Shown here: positions 38,106-53,485 of the stretch, one piece after another | Layout of the letters: the number at the start of each line of letters is the position of its first letter | Position numbering within the stretch: the stretch's first letter is position 1 | Assembly: GCA_012295275.1 (NCBI GenBank) | Contig: CM022673.1 | Coordinates: forward strand, 7,502,001-7,566,000 | Length of the DNA: 64,000 bases | DNA from: Chrysomallon squamiferum | Lineage: Eukaryota; Animalia; Mollusca | Direction: 5' to 3' | Position numbers and translations under genes: made by a program | The notes under the pieces: model-generated | Databases searched by the model: none | Told to the model about the DNA's origin: nothing | The model's input: the letters and a program-made list of their open reading frames with translations, nothing else

Positions 38106-40800
38106 CTGTATTCTGTGTGTACGTGTATGCGTTTCATGATAATACATATTACTTTTTCTAATTCAGTTTAATACAGCACATACAAATGGAATTGTCTTAC
38201 ATTCTTCACTACTTATCACTGAACCAACCAACGATATTTATGCTATTTGAATTAAACAGATAATACTGGTACTAAAATAAATGTAATAAGGATAATGAAA
38301 ATGTCAAATAGTATATTCGTGATACTGAAGTACGCATTTCCTGGTCTAAACGATAAAGACTCCAGGATGATGACACAAGCGTGGTTTGAATATTGTTTTG
38401 ACGGTACTCGCAACACCATTTCAAGTACAAGTACAGAAAACAGCGTGTTTAACACATCCGCCATGTTTTTCACATTAAATAATTTGGTAAGAGACTGCTA
38501 AACGGAAGCGGAGGCTGTATCTGAAGGTAAAATCACGCTCCTTTAAAAAAAAAAAAAAAAAAAAAAAACTCGCTTTGGATGTCGCAATTACCACGTGAAT
38601 GTCAATGACGTACTAATGTCACTGTGAGATGGACGTCGATAATCTCTATTAATACTTCCTGAATATGTGACCACCACGTTGGTTAGAAGAATGCTCAAAG
38701 GTTCCGGCTCGCTTCGTGTGATCGAAAGCAGCAAACATGCCTTTGTGCTGTAACGTTCTGAACCATCTCTGCACACAGCAGAGGAAGCATTTGGCGCCGT
38801 CAGGAAATCTGCGAGTTCCTCATATTTCCAAAAGATGGTCGTATTTCGCAGACGACAGTTACCCATTGATTTGCACGCTCTGTCGCCCGAACCACGTAGC
38901 CCATGCCCGCGACGTTGGACATTCTCAAGACACACAAACCGGAGACGTGTAGATAAAACCAAATAATGGTATTTGGCTAAATTATTTGAGCGGGACCCGT
39001 GAAAAAGCAATATTTTTCCAGTTCGGAAGATGGTCGTTTCATCACGAAGAACAAAGATTTCGCCTCTGTGATATATAGATATGGTATTTGCAGGTGGCTG
39101 CCATATAATCTGGTTAATTTAGTTTTGTTGTCATCATAGATAGAGAGAGAGAGAGAAAAAAAAAACCTGATTTTATAGAACTATCTATGGTTTTTGTTTT
39201 GTTCTTTTATTTATTCTCGTTTTTTTTTTTTTTTTCATATTTTTATTTCGCATCGGTGTAAATATTTAGGTGAAAACATTAGGTTAAATATAACGATTAG
39301 TGTAAGGGAAAGAGTTAAAAAACTGTATATATTAAATTTACCTTGTATGATCATTAAATGCAAATTTTGCAATTAAAAAAATGGTCAAGGCAAAACTGAA
39401 CAAACAAACTAAACAGACAAAACAAACATACCAAGAAACAACCAACCAGTCAGCCAAATAACCAAACAAATAAAATAAAATAAAATAACATAAAATAATA
39501 GTTTTGAAATATCTTTATAACTTTATTCCTGAAGTGCAAAACTGTTATTTCTTGTTGTTCAAAACATAGGCAGTTATTTTCAGTGTGTGGGAATGTCTGT
39601 ATATACATATAGTTAACAATCTGTTTATCTGTCTATATAATATATGTTTATGTATATGTGTATGCATATGTATGTACGTGTGTGGGGGATGTGGGTGTAT
39701 ATACATACACACACGTATATACATATACATAAACATACAGAACAAATAACACGCACATACATACATAAACAAAGATCAGTGTTATCTCTCTAGACTTATA
39801 AACCAGTACTGTTACAACTCATATTGTTATTATAATTTTAAAATATTGAGCCTAATACGTTATTAAATAACACTCGACTGTTTCATTGACGTCACAAACT
39901 TGTCTGCCAGATAGCAAATGACAATATTACGTCACATATTTTTGGTAACCGTTCAAAAACCGTTGTTTACTTGATAAAAAATTGTTTTCAAAAGAAAAAA
40001 CGCAAAGGTTTTTCGCGGGTCCGATACAAATTTAACATGACTGTGTAAACCAAACAAAAAATATGACAGAGAAATGCAGTATGGATTTCTAAATAAATAT
40101 ACTCACAATGTTAACAGTTGTAAGATTGCCTTCAGGTTTAGCAGAAATCTTAGATTTTTACGAAAAAAAAAAAAAAAAAAAAAAAAAACATTTGATCGTT
40201 AATAAAACATATTTTTCCTCATTTTGATATTTTTTCTATGCTACTCTTCATTATTTACCTTTGGAAATAATTAGTGTTACGTCATAATAGTTATGACGTC
40301 ATTTAATTATTAACGCGAAGGGCATTTGGCTTTGTAGAAAAAGGGTTTTCTCCTTTTCGTCAGAATATTAATGGTGTGTCACATTTTTATCCATGGAGCA
40401 AAACGCTGTTCGCAAATATTTAGAAGTAAGTTAACATTTTTTCGTTTTTTTATTTATTTTCATTGCTTAGAATGTATACAAAGTAAAACAAAAATAAAAT
40501 AAAATCTGAAAAACATAATTATGCGTATACATGTATACTGTTATACATACATACATACATACAACGTACATAAATTCATATACATACAGCTAAACAGCAT
40601 CACAATGCCTTTTTGTATACATATACAAAAACATACGTGAATGTGAAATGAATATCAAAAAAAAAAAAAAAAAAACACCATCATGATGGATATTCTGAAA
40701 ATGTTGATTTAAAAATAATAATTTGTTTGTTTGTTTGTTTGTTTTATAACAAACTTTTATTACTTTTATATGTCATTGGTTACTCAGCAAGAACAAAGAA

Positions 40801-40870
<70 letters not shown>

Positions 40871-42532
40871 AAAAAATCAGAAAAAATCAGAAAAACATTT
40901 TACCTATTTACTTACTTCCACTGTCTTACGTCATTAACAACAGAAGAAAAATCTTTTTTCTTTCTAACCTTGACAGTATTTGAAATATGTTTTTTCACCT
41001 GCTAATTTACCTGCTTGCATGCAGTCTACTAGTCCGTCAAGGTAGTTACAGGTAAATACCAAAGTAACCGTTCGCGACTTCCTCCTAATTGTTTAAACGG
41101 TTCGTGTTTGTTCGTGTTTGTTCGCTCATGCCGTAAATGGCGGATTGATCGTCGAAGTGTCTACACGGAGAGAGCCGAAACGCCTATTTGAAAGACCGAA
41201 ACTCTTTACCCGCTGCGGTAAACGGGGCTGCTTGTAAACATGTGCATGTTTGATACCGTAAAAAAATTACACGATGTGCTAACAAACGTGACGACGTGCT
41301 TTTCTTCATCGATTCCAAGGCCGAACGTGCCTCGGAAGTGATGATGTTACTTTAATAAAAAAAACAAATATATATATATATATATATATATCTTAGTCGA
41401 GATTATGATATTTTGAAACAACAAACAAACAAACAAACAGGCAAATAAATAAATAAATAAATAAATAAATCCAACATAGTTAGCTGAAATTGCAAATATT
41501 TCTATTATTATGATTTATTTATTTTAAAGTTGTTTCATAATTCACAGGTAAAAGTAAGTAAAAACCGAAGTCCACCAATATCTTTTTTATTATGTCGGGC
41601 ATTTGTTATCAGTCGTTACAAATAAGAAAATATTGTCATTAAAAATTAAAAAAAATAATAATATGATTACACAAAAATAATCGTGGATAAAGCTATGCTG
41701 ATAGCGTCTTTAAATAAAACATTTTGTTTTTCATCATTGCTAAGAAAGAAAATTATTATCCTAAAACTCTGACACTCTAACTAATGGGCCATGTCAGGCT
41801 CTTATCTCTTAGTGTTCGGTTTTGTTTTTCAAAATGTCCCAGATCAACAAGATGATAAACCGGGGAATCAAACTAACATTTCACAAATTCTGACTCTCTT
41901 TGTAATGGATACCTCTTGTTTTTATTCTTATCCACGAAATCTTAAGACATTAAATAAACTGTTTGTGGAAGACATTTTCCAAGCACTTTTTATAAGTTAA
42001 AATAACAGTTTTATGCTTCGCCTGACATCAGTGTAAACGTGGTGTCTTTATACAGCAACACAAATCAGTTTAGCGATAAAGCGCGTGCCACAAATGCAGA
42101 CGCTCGTCCAAAGTTCGGAATATTTCGGAATTGTTCGGAAACGAACTCCATGGTTAAATGTAACAAAAATAGGGAATGTTGTTTTTTTTTGTTTTTTTTT
42201 CCTAAAGTAGTTTATATACGTTTTGTTTTGTATTGTGTTGTAGGACATATTATGTATACATAAAAAGTTTTATTTCATTAGAAATGCACCATTTTAAGGA
42301 CACTTTTTAATATTTTTACTGAAATAAATTTATATATTTGTTTTTATTTTGTTTTTTAAGTAAGTTTATTTATTATTTGTTTTTCTCACGTTTATTATAA
42401 TCTCTACTGATTAGATTCAAAAGACCATGCTGATCTTACTTTTAACTATAAACTCCAAATTATAAATAAACTTTTTCCATCATTTGTTTTTCTAACAACA
42501 ATAATAGAAATAGTAACAACAGCTATGACAAT

Positions 42533-42582
<50 letters not shown>

Positions 42583-43619
42583 AGAAGAAGAAACCAATGA
42601 TTATATATTTGTTTTGTATTGTGTCGTGATAGAAAAATTATATAGCTGGAGTATATTAAATTAATATATAATAAAATTTATAAATGTATTGCTGTCAACA
42701 AATTCCCTACGTATTTCATGAGAAAAACATGCATTATAGCTATTTATTTATTTATTTATTTATTTATTTATTTTATTTTATTTACTTTTTTGTTTTCATT
42801 GTCTTTTGTCCTTTGTTGTTTATTTACTAGTATTTCAATTTTATTACTTCGGATGATCTTAATAATTTAAGTTTGTTGTGTATGCCATTTATTATTTATT
42901 ATTTCAATCTTCAAGAAGACTGTCTATTTTTTGTTTTTAAATTGTTCTGTTTATATTATGTGATTAGCTGCTATTTTCGCTATTTATAAAACTTCTGTTT
43001 GTAATCACGCATCTTTCTGAATGCCTCAGAACATGTAGAGCTTGACCTGGTATGCAGTTTCTCTCGCCTTAAGGAAAAAAAGTAAAAAAAAATCTGCATG
43101 AAAGGATCAGTTTTTCAGAACAATGGGGGCACTATGATTACAAAGAATATAATTTTATGGGGATGGGAGTAATTTAGTATCAAATTGTGTCGCTTTTTAT
43201 TGGTTTTTGAAACAAAACAAACAAATAAAGATCAAATTAAAAAAAAAAAAACTGTAGTGTAGTGCAGTGTGCATAATCTGCACGCGAGAGACTTCGTGGA
43301 ACTTGAGATGAATTTGAAATATTTTAGATATGTCATTTCGTGCCGGGTTTATAGTTTCTAGTCAGGTGATGTCAATTTGCTGAAGGATTGAGTCCCTTTG
43401 TTCTGTGATTCTGTCTCTCGCGGTTTCTAAGCACCGTCCGCAGCAATCACCATTTTAAGTGTTTATTGGAAACATTGTTGCAATTCGTCACCTTCCGTAA
43501 TCGATTTACCGTAAATACTGGAATAAAAAAGTAAAAATAATTATTTCAAAGATGTTTCACACAAGAAATTGCATATTTAAAATTGTATGTTGATAATATA
43601 TATTCCTATGACAAAAAAT

Positions 43620-43692
<73 letters not shown>

Positions 43693-44288
43693 CACCCTCT
43701 CTCTCCCCACTTTAACGTAAATTCTGCTAGTGTTAAATAAGACTTGAAAATATGTACAGAGAAACGAGGTATCTCTCCACTAGTTTGTAACACATTTAAC
43801 ATTTAAATCCAAGAATGGTAATCTAAAACAACTTGTCGGGAAATTTAAAATAACAGCCGATTTGCTGTTTAATATTTTCAGATAAAAGAAAAGGTATTGC
43901 AATTATGTGAAATATTTCGGTTTATATGGAAGTCTTTTTTATATCAATAATGCGAGGCGAATTCTGCAGATATTTCTATTACATCAGAGGACTTTTCTGA
44001 AATCCTTTTCGAATTTCGATGAATAATTGTTAAAAGAAAAATTGATTTGGTTTGTTTTTGCGTAGTTCAGTTTGTGTGAAAATTCTTTATTGAAAACTAA
44101 AAAACATTTTAACATCTGGATCATATCTTACTAAATATCTTTATTTCATTTTTTTTCCTCTTTCGTTCTTTCTTTTTTTAAACATATTTTTCAAACTTTC
44201 ATTTATGCTTGCATTAATTCTTTCTTCGTTTCATTATTTATTAATCATTAATAACCATTACTACCCGACAGAATTAACTATCTGAGAA

Positions 44289-44354
<66 letters not shown>

Positions 44355-44798
44355 CACATATATATACATACATACAAGCATATACAAATATTTAAAAATA
44401 TGCGAGCACAAAAATCATCAGCTTTGAAAGATTACGTATAAACACAAAAATATATGTATGCCCTCGTTTGCAAACAACACGCACGCACGCACACACAGGC
44501 ACACACACACAAAAAAAAACGCACGCACATATAATAATCTTTAATATAGTTAGTATCAGAAGAGAAAGAAACACATGTTACTTGTTGAAAACAACGTTTA
44601 AGGATTAACTGTGACTGAATTATCAGATTGTATTTAGCAAAGAAATAATTAAAAAAAATGAAATACATTTTAGTAATCCTATTTATTCTAAGTGCATATT
44701 TATTTTAAATAGGAATAACTGATTTTACATCCTGGTATAAAATATTAAAAAATGTATTCATTCTTTAATTGTAAATACTACTACTACTAATACTACTA

Positions 44799-44871
<73 letters not shown>

Positions 44872-45723
44872 CAATTATTATTATTATTAAATAAATGAAT
44901 AAACGAATATATAAAATTTTGAAAATTAAAAATATTAAAATCTTAACTAAATTTAGAAGAGAAGATATGCATACAATTATCGCCGAAACCTATGATCCGA
45001 ACGATTCCGAAATATTCCGAATTGTGCACCAGTGGTTTAAACGGATTTATCACAGAACTAATTTGTGCTGCTGTACAAAGCCGTCGCGTTTACACAGATC
45101 TCGTGTGATGCATAAAACTGTTATTTTAACTTATAAAAACTGCGTGGAAAATTTCTTCCACAAACAAATTATTTAATGTCTTAAGATTCCGTGGATAAAA
45201 ATAAAAACAACAGGTATCCGTTACAAAGGGAGTCAGAATTTGTGAAATGTAAGTTTTTCATTCCCAGATTTATCATCTTGTTGATCTGGGACAATTTGAG
45301 AAACAAACCCGAGGTCTCACGTACTTGAGATAAAGCTATAGAATGGTGCAGTGGTTAGAGGATCAGTTCATATGTTGTTGGTTATAACGGTTTCTTTCTT
45401 TCTGTCCCGTGTAAATGTTAACAGTAATAATTTTTCAACGATAAAAATGATATTTTAATTATGATCATGACAGAAAAATGAATAAAACGAAAAATAAAGA
45501 ATATTATTTATTTATCATCCTCATCATTGTTCATCATCTTCATCATCATCATTATTGTTGTGTTTGTTGTTGTTGTTTCTGTTATTGTTATTGTTAGTTT
45601 TGGTTTTTGTTACTCATTAATATCACAGAGAAAATTTTTATGATAAAAGCTGAAAGTCTTTAAATATTTTGATAAATTGCCCAAAAAAAAAAAAAATAAT
45701 ATTAATAATAATATGACAAAAAT

Positions 45724-45921
<198 letters not shown>

Positions 45922-46584
45922 CGTTACACCTATTCTAAATGAGTTTCCAGTCAAACAAACCAAAATAGAAAGTAGTGTTACAGTGAATCAGTTCGTGTGT
46001 GAGTGTGAACAAGTTTCTCTGTGTCATCTCTGCAAGGTTTCACAGTTAAGTGATAAATACCGCTCTTGATAGCCCTGGGGGTAAAAGAACGACATCCCGT
46101 CCGTGCTAATGCAAATATACTCGAACAGAACAACACAGTCCCGACCCTCAGACGGATGGGAGTTTCTGATCATTGTTTGAGTAATTGGTGATGCTTAAAA
46201 TGGGTTGGGAAAATCGTGGAGTACATCTTTCTCTTTCACTGACTTTATTTTGTGTGTGCATATGTGCATTTGTAATTCTTTTAACCTGGATAGTATTAAA
46301 TTTTAAGAGTTTAAAAAACGCATTCATACTCTGTAGTAAAGTTATGCAAATGTGAATATATACCCCACTCGTTACATTATTTCAAAATGTATTTCCATTT
46401 TTCAAACTTTTCAGTCGTTATCGTTATTTTATAATTTAACTGTGTAATACCCATTAATTTAAGTCTTATCCTTTTCATATTTTTAAAATGTAAATTTTCT
46501 GTTAAAATGTATGATAACTGACCACAAACTGCTTTGTCCTTTATAGTAATGAATTTTTTGTATTTTTATGTGTGCCTGGATAGG

Positions 46585-46644
<60 letters not shown>

Positions 46645-47415
46645 TGAAACACAGACAGAGAGACAGACAGACAGAGGTGCCCAGTAAATAACATCCTTAT
46701 GTTAAAGAAGTCGTTAGAACGGAAGAAGACGTGAAGACCAACTTAACGAAGATCTTGTGTCTATTTGTCGGATCCTTCCTCGTGCTAAGTCCATCAGATT
46801 AAATTTATTTACCGCCACTCTCAATATTTGAGGAACCGATTTTAAAATCTAATAGAAGTACAAATGTTGGAGTTTACCTGTAAACAGTGTAATTAAGAAG
46901 GACCCTGTGTACATTTGTCTCACTTGCTCTCTGCAGTGCTTAGAGAATAGACTAGAAAAAAAAAAATGTTTAAATGCTTTAATTACATCACATTTATTAT
47001 TAAATATTGATCCCAAGGTTTCGGTCTCTGTACAATGTTTGTTGATTGCACTTGTGGTTAGTCAATGCCAAATGTGATGTGTTTCTTTTTTTTTTTTTTT
47101 TTTTTCTTTGAAGGTTTTATTATTTAACAGTTAAAAAAAATACATTGGCTTAATAGCTGTCTTTTTTGAAAACTCTTAAAACAATGTCGTTGTTTTGAAA
47201 ACATCATTGAAAAAACAATGTCCTTTTCTTTGTTATTGTTATTTCTTTTATCTGTTTAATTTTTTTAATTTTTTTGTCTGGGGCTGTTTTCAGATTGGGA
47301 ACATCATTGAAAATACGTGCACGATAGATGTATTTAAACTAACTTTGTAGTTTTCTTTGAACATGGATTATGTCCTCATTATTGTTATTTCTTTTGTCAG
47401 TCTTTTTATCTGTTT

Positions 47416-47447
<32 letters not shown>

Positions 47448-48544
47448 CGATTATAATCTTTAGAGGGTGCAGAAAGCTCACAAATAATTGATGAATTCAA
47501 CGTTATTATTAATAATTCTTAATCATCATTTAAAATTACTCATTATTTTTATGATTTTTGTTCTGTAACCAAAATTCTTATACACCAGACCATTTATCCG
47601 GCAATACCGGATCTGGAGGTGACCCGGAATTCTGTATTTTTCCGGTCTTCTTGATCAAGACTTAATACATACTTAAAATCGTAAACTCCCAACAGTCCTG
47701 CCTGTCAGTAGTCACACAGTCTAAAACAACACAATTCAAAGCTGAGTGCACATACGCTCATCATTCAGTTACTGCCATATTACATACAGTAACAACAGCA
47801 TGGTCCGAGTCGAAGAAGAATGGAATACTATGTAAAGATTTATTAATTTTATTGAGTTTTTAATTCAGATTCACGGGAACTGCTACTAGTTTCGTCATCC
47901 GATCTCAGTTAATACACTTAATGGTATCTAATTAGAAGATTCACGATTCTCAAAATAATTTTTAAAAGCACACACATATATATATATATATTCATGATCA
48001 CATATATAAGTGATTACGAACAAACACGCTTTCGTTAGGAACTTACTAACACAGCCAAAGCAAACTTCTCTGTTTTGAAACAGTCCAGTTTAGCAAAGAT
48101 ATTCGTTGCCCAGCTTTGCTGGTGTTTTTCTCTGTGACTGTGGAGTGTTTGACTAATGGCACGTATGACTACTAATGGTCGTAAACCACTTAAAATATAA
48201 ATTAAACAATGAAAAGTAACGAACCGATACTAATAAAAAAACAACAGCTAAAGTTTTTTTCTGATAATTCCGGTTCAAGAGCCGAATAAATACTGTGTTT
48301 GATAGTTTTCAGATAAAAAACTTCAGCAAGTAGATGTAATACTAAAATCCTGGATATTCACATTCCGATGTAAATGCTCTCCATCTACAGTCCTCGATAA
48401 GGTAGATCAAATTTTCTAATACTAAACATGTTACCGTCTGTCTGGGTTTTTTTGTTTGTTTGTTTGTGTGTGTGTGTGTATGTATGTATGTATGCGTGAA
48501 CCAGTTTATAAATATTTAATATATATATATTACATATTTATGTA

Positions 48545-48577
<33 letters not shown>

Positions 48578-49499
48578 GTGTGTGTTTGTGTGTTTATGTG
48601 TATGTATTTATGTGTGTGTGTGTATGACCAAACACACCAATGTAAATTTCCAATACAATAACATTATAACTATTACGTTAATCTGAACAACACTTCCAAA
48701 CAGAAATATATATATATTAATTATATGGTGCAATTATTCATGTACGTTTAAAATCTGTACTAGTTAAAAGAGAAGAAAAATATTGCCCTATCATCTTTTC
48801 CTGCCAATGAAGTTCTGTGTTCCGGATATGCTATCTCGTTTAATGCCGGTATTTGTGAACCACGCCTGTGGCAATAAAATATAATCATGGGAATACAAAA
48901 TTAAGTCTGGGAAAACCACGTTTTACAAGTACTTCCTATTTAATTATGAATGTAATTTGTTTACTCTCGTTTTACAATTTTTAAACGCAAATTTGTTGAT
49001 ATTTTCATCATCCAGTGATCACCTGCAGCTGGTAAAAATTAAAAATAAATTAAAATACAAGCAGGTATAAAGACACGTTCCCGATTAAAGTTTTACCAGT
49101 GTATTGCAATCCATTACTTCCCTTGCGACTTTTGTTCTGAAGCATGCCTTGCGGGTACAAGATGTTCACCAGCCTCCGGGTGCAAGACCTTCGATTATTT
49201 CCAGTAATCTGAATAATTATGACGATAAAGCCACATCAGGTTTTGACGCTTTTCTGTTAACACAAAACCTGCGAGTTTAATCCACAACTTCCTTTGACTC
49301 GGTGCCAGAGCAACACTTTGATATCCAGGAAACTGGAAAACTGAATTTATGATATCTGTTTCAACCTAATTCGTTTCGATTTTGCCTCCAGCCAGTGCGA
49401 GATGTTTGCTAGAACAGCAGCACGTTCACCTAATGTCTGGTCGTGTGAGATTACATTCCTAAACACTGCAAATTTGATATAATTTCCAATGCAGCAGCG

Positions 49500-49533
<34 letters not shown>

Positions 49534-49619
49534 GAAATAATAGCCAAAATTCTTGATCCCTCAGTGGATTTCATCTTGTATTCCAGCAAATATTTGTATT
49601 AAAAATACAAATAATTTGT

Positions 49620-49630
49620 ATTAATAATAA

Positions 49631-49662
<32 letters not shown>

Positions 49663-49838
49663 CAATAATTATTAACAATAATATTATTAATAATCATCAT
49701 CATTATTATTATTAATGTTTTTAATAATAATAATAATAATGATAACAATAATTATTGTTATTAGTAGTAGTAGTAGTAGTAGTAGTAGTGCCACTATTAA
49801 TATTATTATCATCATCATCATCATTATTATTAATGTTT

Positions 49839-49872
<34 letters not shown>

Positions 49873-49950
49873 TAATATTATTAGTAGTAGTAGTAGTGCC
49901 ACTATTATTATTATCATCATCATCATCATCATCGTCATTATTATTATTAA
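49620..49950. repeat. Higher-order duplication of a compound (AAT)/(TAG)/(ATT)/(ATC) trinucleotide block
   Basis: The order ttaatgttttt-(aat)n-...-(tag)n-tgccact-(att)n-(atc)n repeats twice. Confidence 0.85.
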
Positions 49951-52381
49951 TTTTTTTTAATTCCTGCCACAATGATGACGCTATTTTTTATAATTTTTAA
50001 ATTAATTTTTTTGATTACTATACATCTCAGCTTCACTTCCTACTCACAACCACCATTACTCAAAACAAACACACGTAACGGCTGCAGCGTAATTAACAAA
50101 CTGTTTCCGGTTGGTGCGTCTATCGCCAGGTACGACGGTTCACGTGTTTTGATAACGAAAGACGACGTCGACGTTTCTACTTCTAAGTCTGTACCGTCGC
50201 CGTCGTGCAGCTGACGTTTGCGTACTGATCAGTGATGTTGAGTTTCGGCTTTTCGGCCATACTAATCCGCCGTGTTGTTGAAGTTTAGCTAATTCCTTGT
50301 GGCCACTGGCTTAACAGTGTGTGTTCGGGTATTCTCGTAGTAGTTCGATACTTTAAACGGTTAACTAAATAGTTTTCGCGTGGACACACACTGTTTTAAA
50401 GCCACTGGAAGACATTAAATATAACATTTTTACATTTTTAATCATTGCAGATACTTGTATTTTTCTGTGATAGCATAATTATAAAAACTAGCTCTGTCCC
50501 CCGTCCATTCCTCCCCTCCCTTCTGTTCTCTTTCAGTAACTCATTCATTCTCTGTCTTGGCTTTCTTTATCACTGTCAGTACAAAAATATCACGACTACA
50601 TCTAGTCTTTTTTTTTTTTTTTTTTTTTCCACAAGGAAACGAAGGCACCAATTTTAAACATAACATATTACTGAAGTTACAACCAGTGTTTTGACGGTTC
50701 ACAAAATACGCCCAGTTTTACGACTTTATTTTCATATTAATCGTAAAACCTCATTTCCCTTTTCTCACATTTTCGATTTATTTTCCCAGGGTTAATAATC
50801 TATGACTTCTTATTTATTTCCTACTGGGTTTTTTTTTTCTTCTCCATCATCATCAAGAGCGAGAGTGAAAAAAAAAACACACACACAAAAAAAAAAACAT
50901 ATAGTTATATAGTTTCCGACCACGCAAACCTATCATACCGTTTTTGAAGTCTTGCACATTAGTACGAAAACGTGTGCCGATTTCTTTAGAGTAACGACAC
51001 TGTGGAAGTAATACAAGAAGTGCTCTCTTCCTACTTCTAATTACAAATCAGACACTCGACCGGGTCCTTCGTGCCTCATTCTTCCATAACTAGCCACTCA
51101 GTCACCGGATAAACCCGGTGCTGAGTCGGCTGCGTGTGTGGGGTATTTTTAAAACAAATAACAAGCAATACTTGAACGTCGGCGCCGACGTGACGCTGCT
51201 GTGCTGGGGAGCCTACGTGATGCACCCTCGTTTTCATAAACTAGAACGTGCAGTTGACCGACATGCAGTAAAAAAAGATTGTCAGCACGTGCAAGTTCGA
51301 CCTTAGAGGTCAACATTCGCTAATGGTCGAGTGAGCCGAACGAGAGCACAGACGTCTGCTACTTTTTCGTGTTAGTTCTTGTGAGTTAATCGGCTGTTTA
51401 AAGCATGCTTACGGCGTCCTCGAAAGGTCCAAGCATGCTGATCATAGGCACATAACCGAGGTGCTTGCGCTGTCTGCTTTAGATAACGTTAGTTTTTAAA
51501 CCGATTTGCATCGTAGCAGTTAATGGAGAAAAATCCGTGCTGGGATATAAATCCTAATAATCTTAGTCTATATGATATCATATCCACTGAGCTACGGAAT
51601 CTGTAATCTAGTCTTTGAAGCGTTTCTCGGCTAAATAATTAATTTTTTTAAAGTTAAATATCAGTGTATTATCTTGAATTATTAAATGGTTCGCTTATGA
51701 TTATATGTAATTGGTAAGATTTCGAAAATTAAAATAAAAGTTGTCTAGTACATAGAAAATACTGCCAGGAAAATAAAAGTGAAAAAGATACAAAAATATA
51801 CCCTAAATATAAAATAATAATAATAACGAAGTAGTTAAATGTTGCATATTAGAAATATTGAAGTTTAATGTAAATAAAATATTGATATGTCTAACTGGCT
51901 GAATCATCTCACGATTATTTCATCTGCAATTACAGACATGATACAAATTATAGGTGTGTTCGTTTTCAGCACTGAATAAACATTTCTCTGTATATTTTCA
52001 TCATGTGTACAACCATTGTTCTACCAATAATACAAACATATAATAGAAAGTTTTATCAATAAACAGACACATACGTGTCACATACCTGTCACAAAATTAA
52101 TTTACTCTGCAAGGTGTAAACATATTATAATATTTATATTGTCGTCCATACAGCGGTGCTATTCGCTTGTTCAATAAAACGTGATAAAATTTCTGTGTTC
52201 TTATACTGAGCGTTCTCAAAACGGCTGTTATCGAAATCAGAACAAACATTGCTCAAGCACAGTGCCACGGCCAATGTCTGAAACTGAGAGATAAAGACAC
52301 GTACAGATTCGTGAATGTCGTCTGTGATATCTAAATGAAGGTGTGTACAATGCTGGTGATATAATTAGTGAACATTTTTGA

Positions 52382-52417
<36 letters not shown>

Positions 52418-52666
52418 CGACGAGTACAAATGTATTAAACAGTCTACAACTGTTTGGAAAAGAAATTGAGACATACATTTTCACGCACGCGCATTTAACG
52501 AAACTAGCCGGTGTTGTAAATATAGATGCATATATCCATGTGCTAATATAATAAACATCTTTGCTCACAGTTTCATAACTCTGAGTTCTAAACTAATTCG
52601 TGAAGGGAAGATTTTACGCTAATGTACAAAACAGCACCTTTATCCTACACCGTCATACAAACGTTA

Positions 52667-52784
<118 letters not shown>

Positions 52785-53385
52785 GTATATATGTCACAGC
52801 AACACACACTGTGCTGTTACATAATCCAAATTCAAATGACACCTCATACTCGCTTGAGTAAAATAAAACCACACTTATACAAACACCTTTCAACAGTCGT
52901 TTCTTAGAACCTTCGACATATATACTCATATAACCATTGTTAACTTACTTATTTAAATATTCCATAAAATTACTTATGCACAAAATGTAGTTAATGGTCA
53001 TTGCTCTAATGTAATGTGACTCCTGTGTTAGTGACAGATTTAACGGTAGTCGTATGTGATGCCGAACTAATAAATTAATTACGTGGTGTATGATAACTGT
53101 AAACAGGAGCAGTTTCCTGCTTGAGTCGTGGGAATTAGTAACATATATATGTAAACAAATACTAATTAGTTAATATATATAATTATATATAACTTGGGGA
53201 AGGTGTTTTGGCATCTGTGTAAGCATGTACATTATTTAATATATGTGCATATGCATGTATGTACGTGTGTATGTGTGTTTGTATGTTTGCATATTTTAGG
53301 TATGTGCGTATGTGTTTGTGTGTGTATGTGTGTATATATATGTATATAAGTTTGTTTTTAAACACATTTGTTCCACACACAGACA

Positions 53386-53485
<100 letters not shown>

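Noticed and set aside
45343-45365. A-box-like TGGTGCAGTGGTTAG
   Set aside because: No downstream B-box or tRNA fold.
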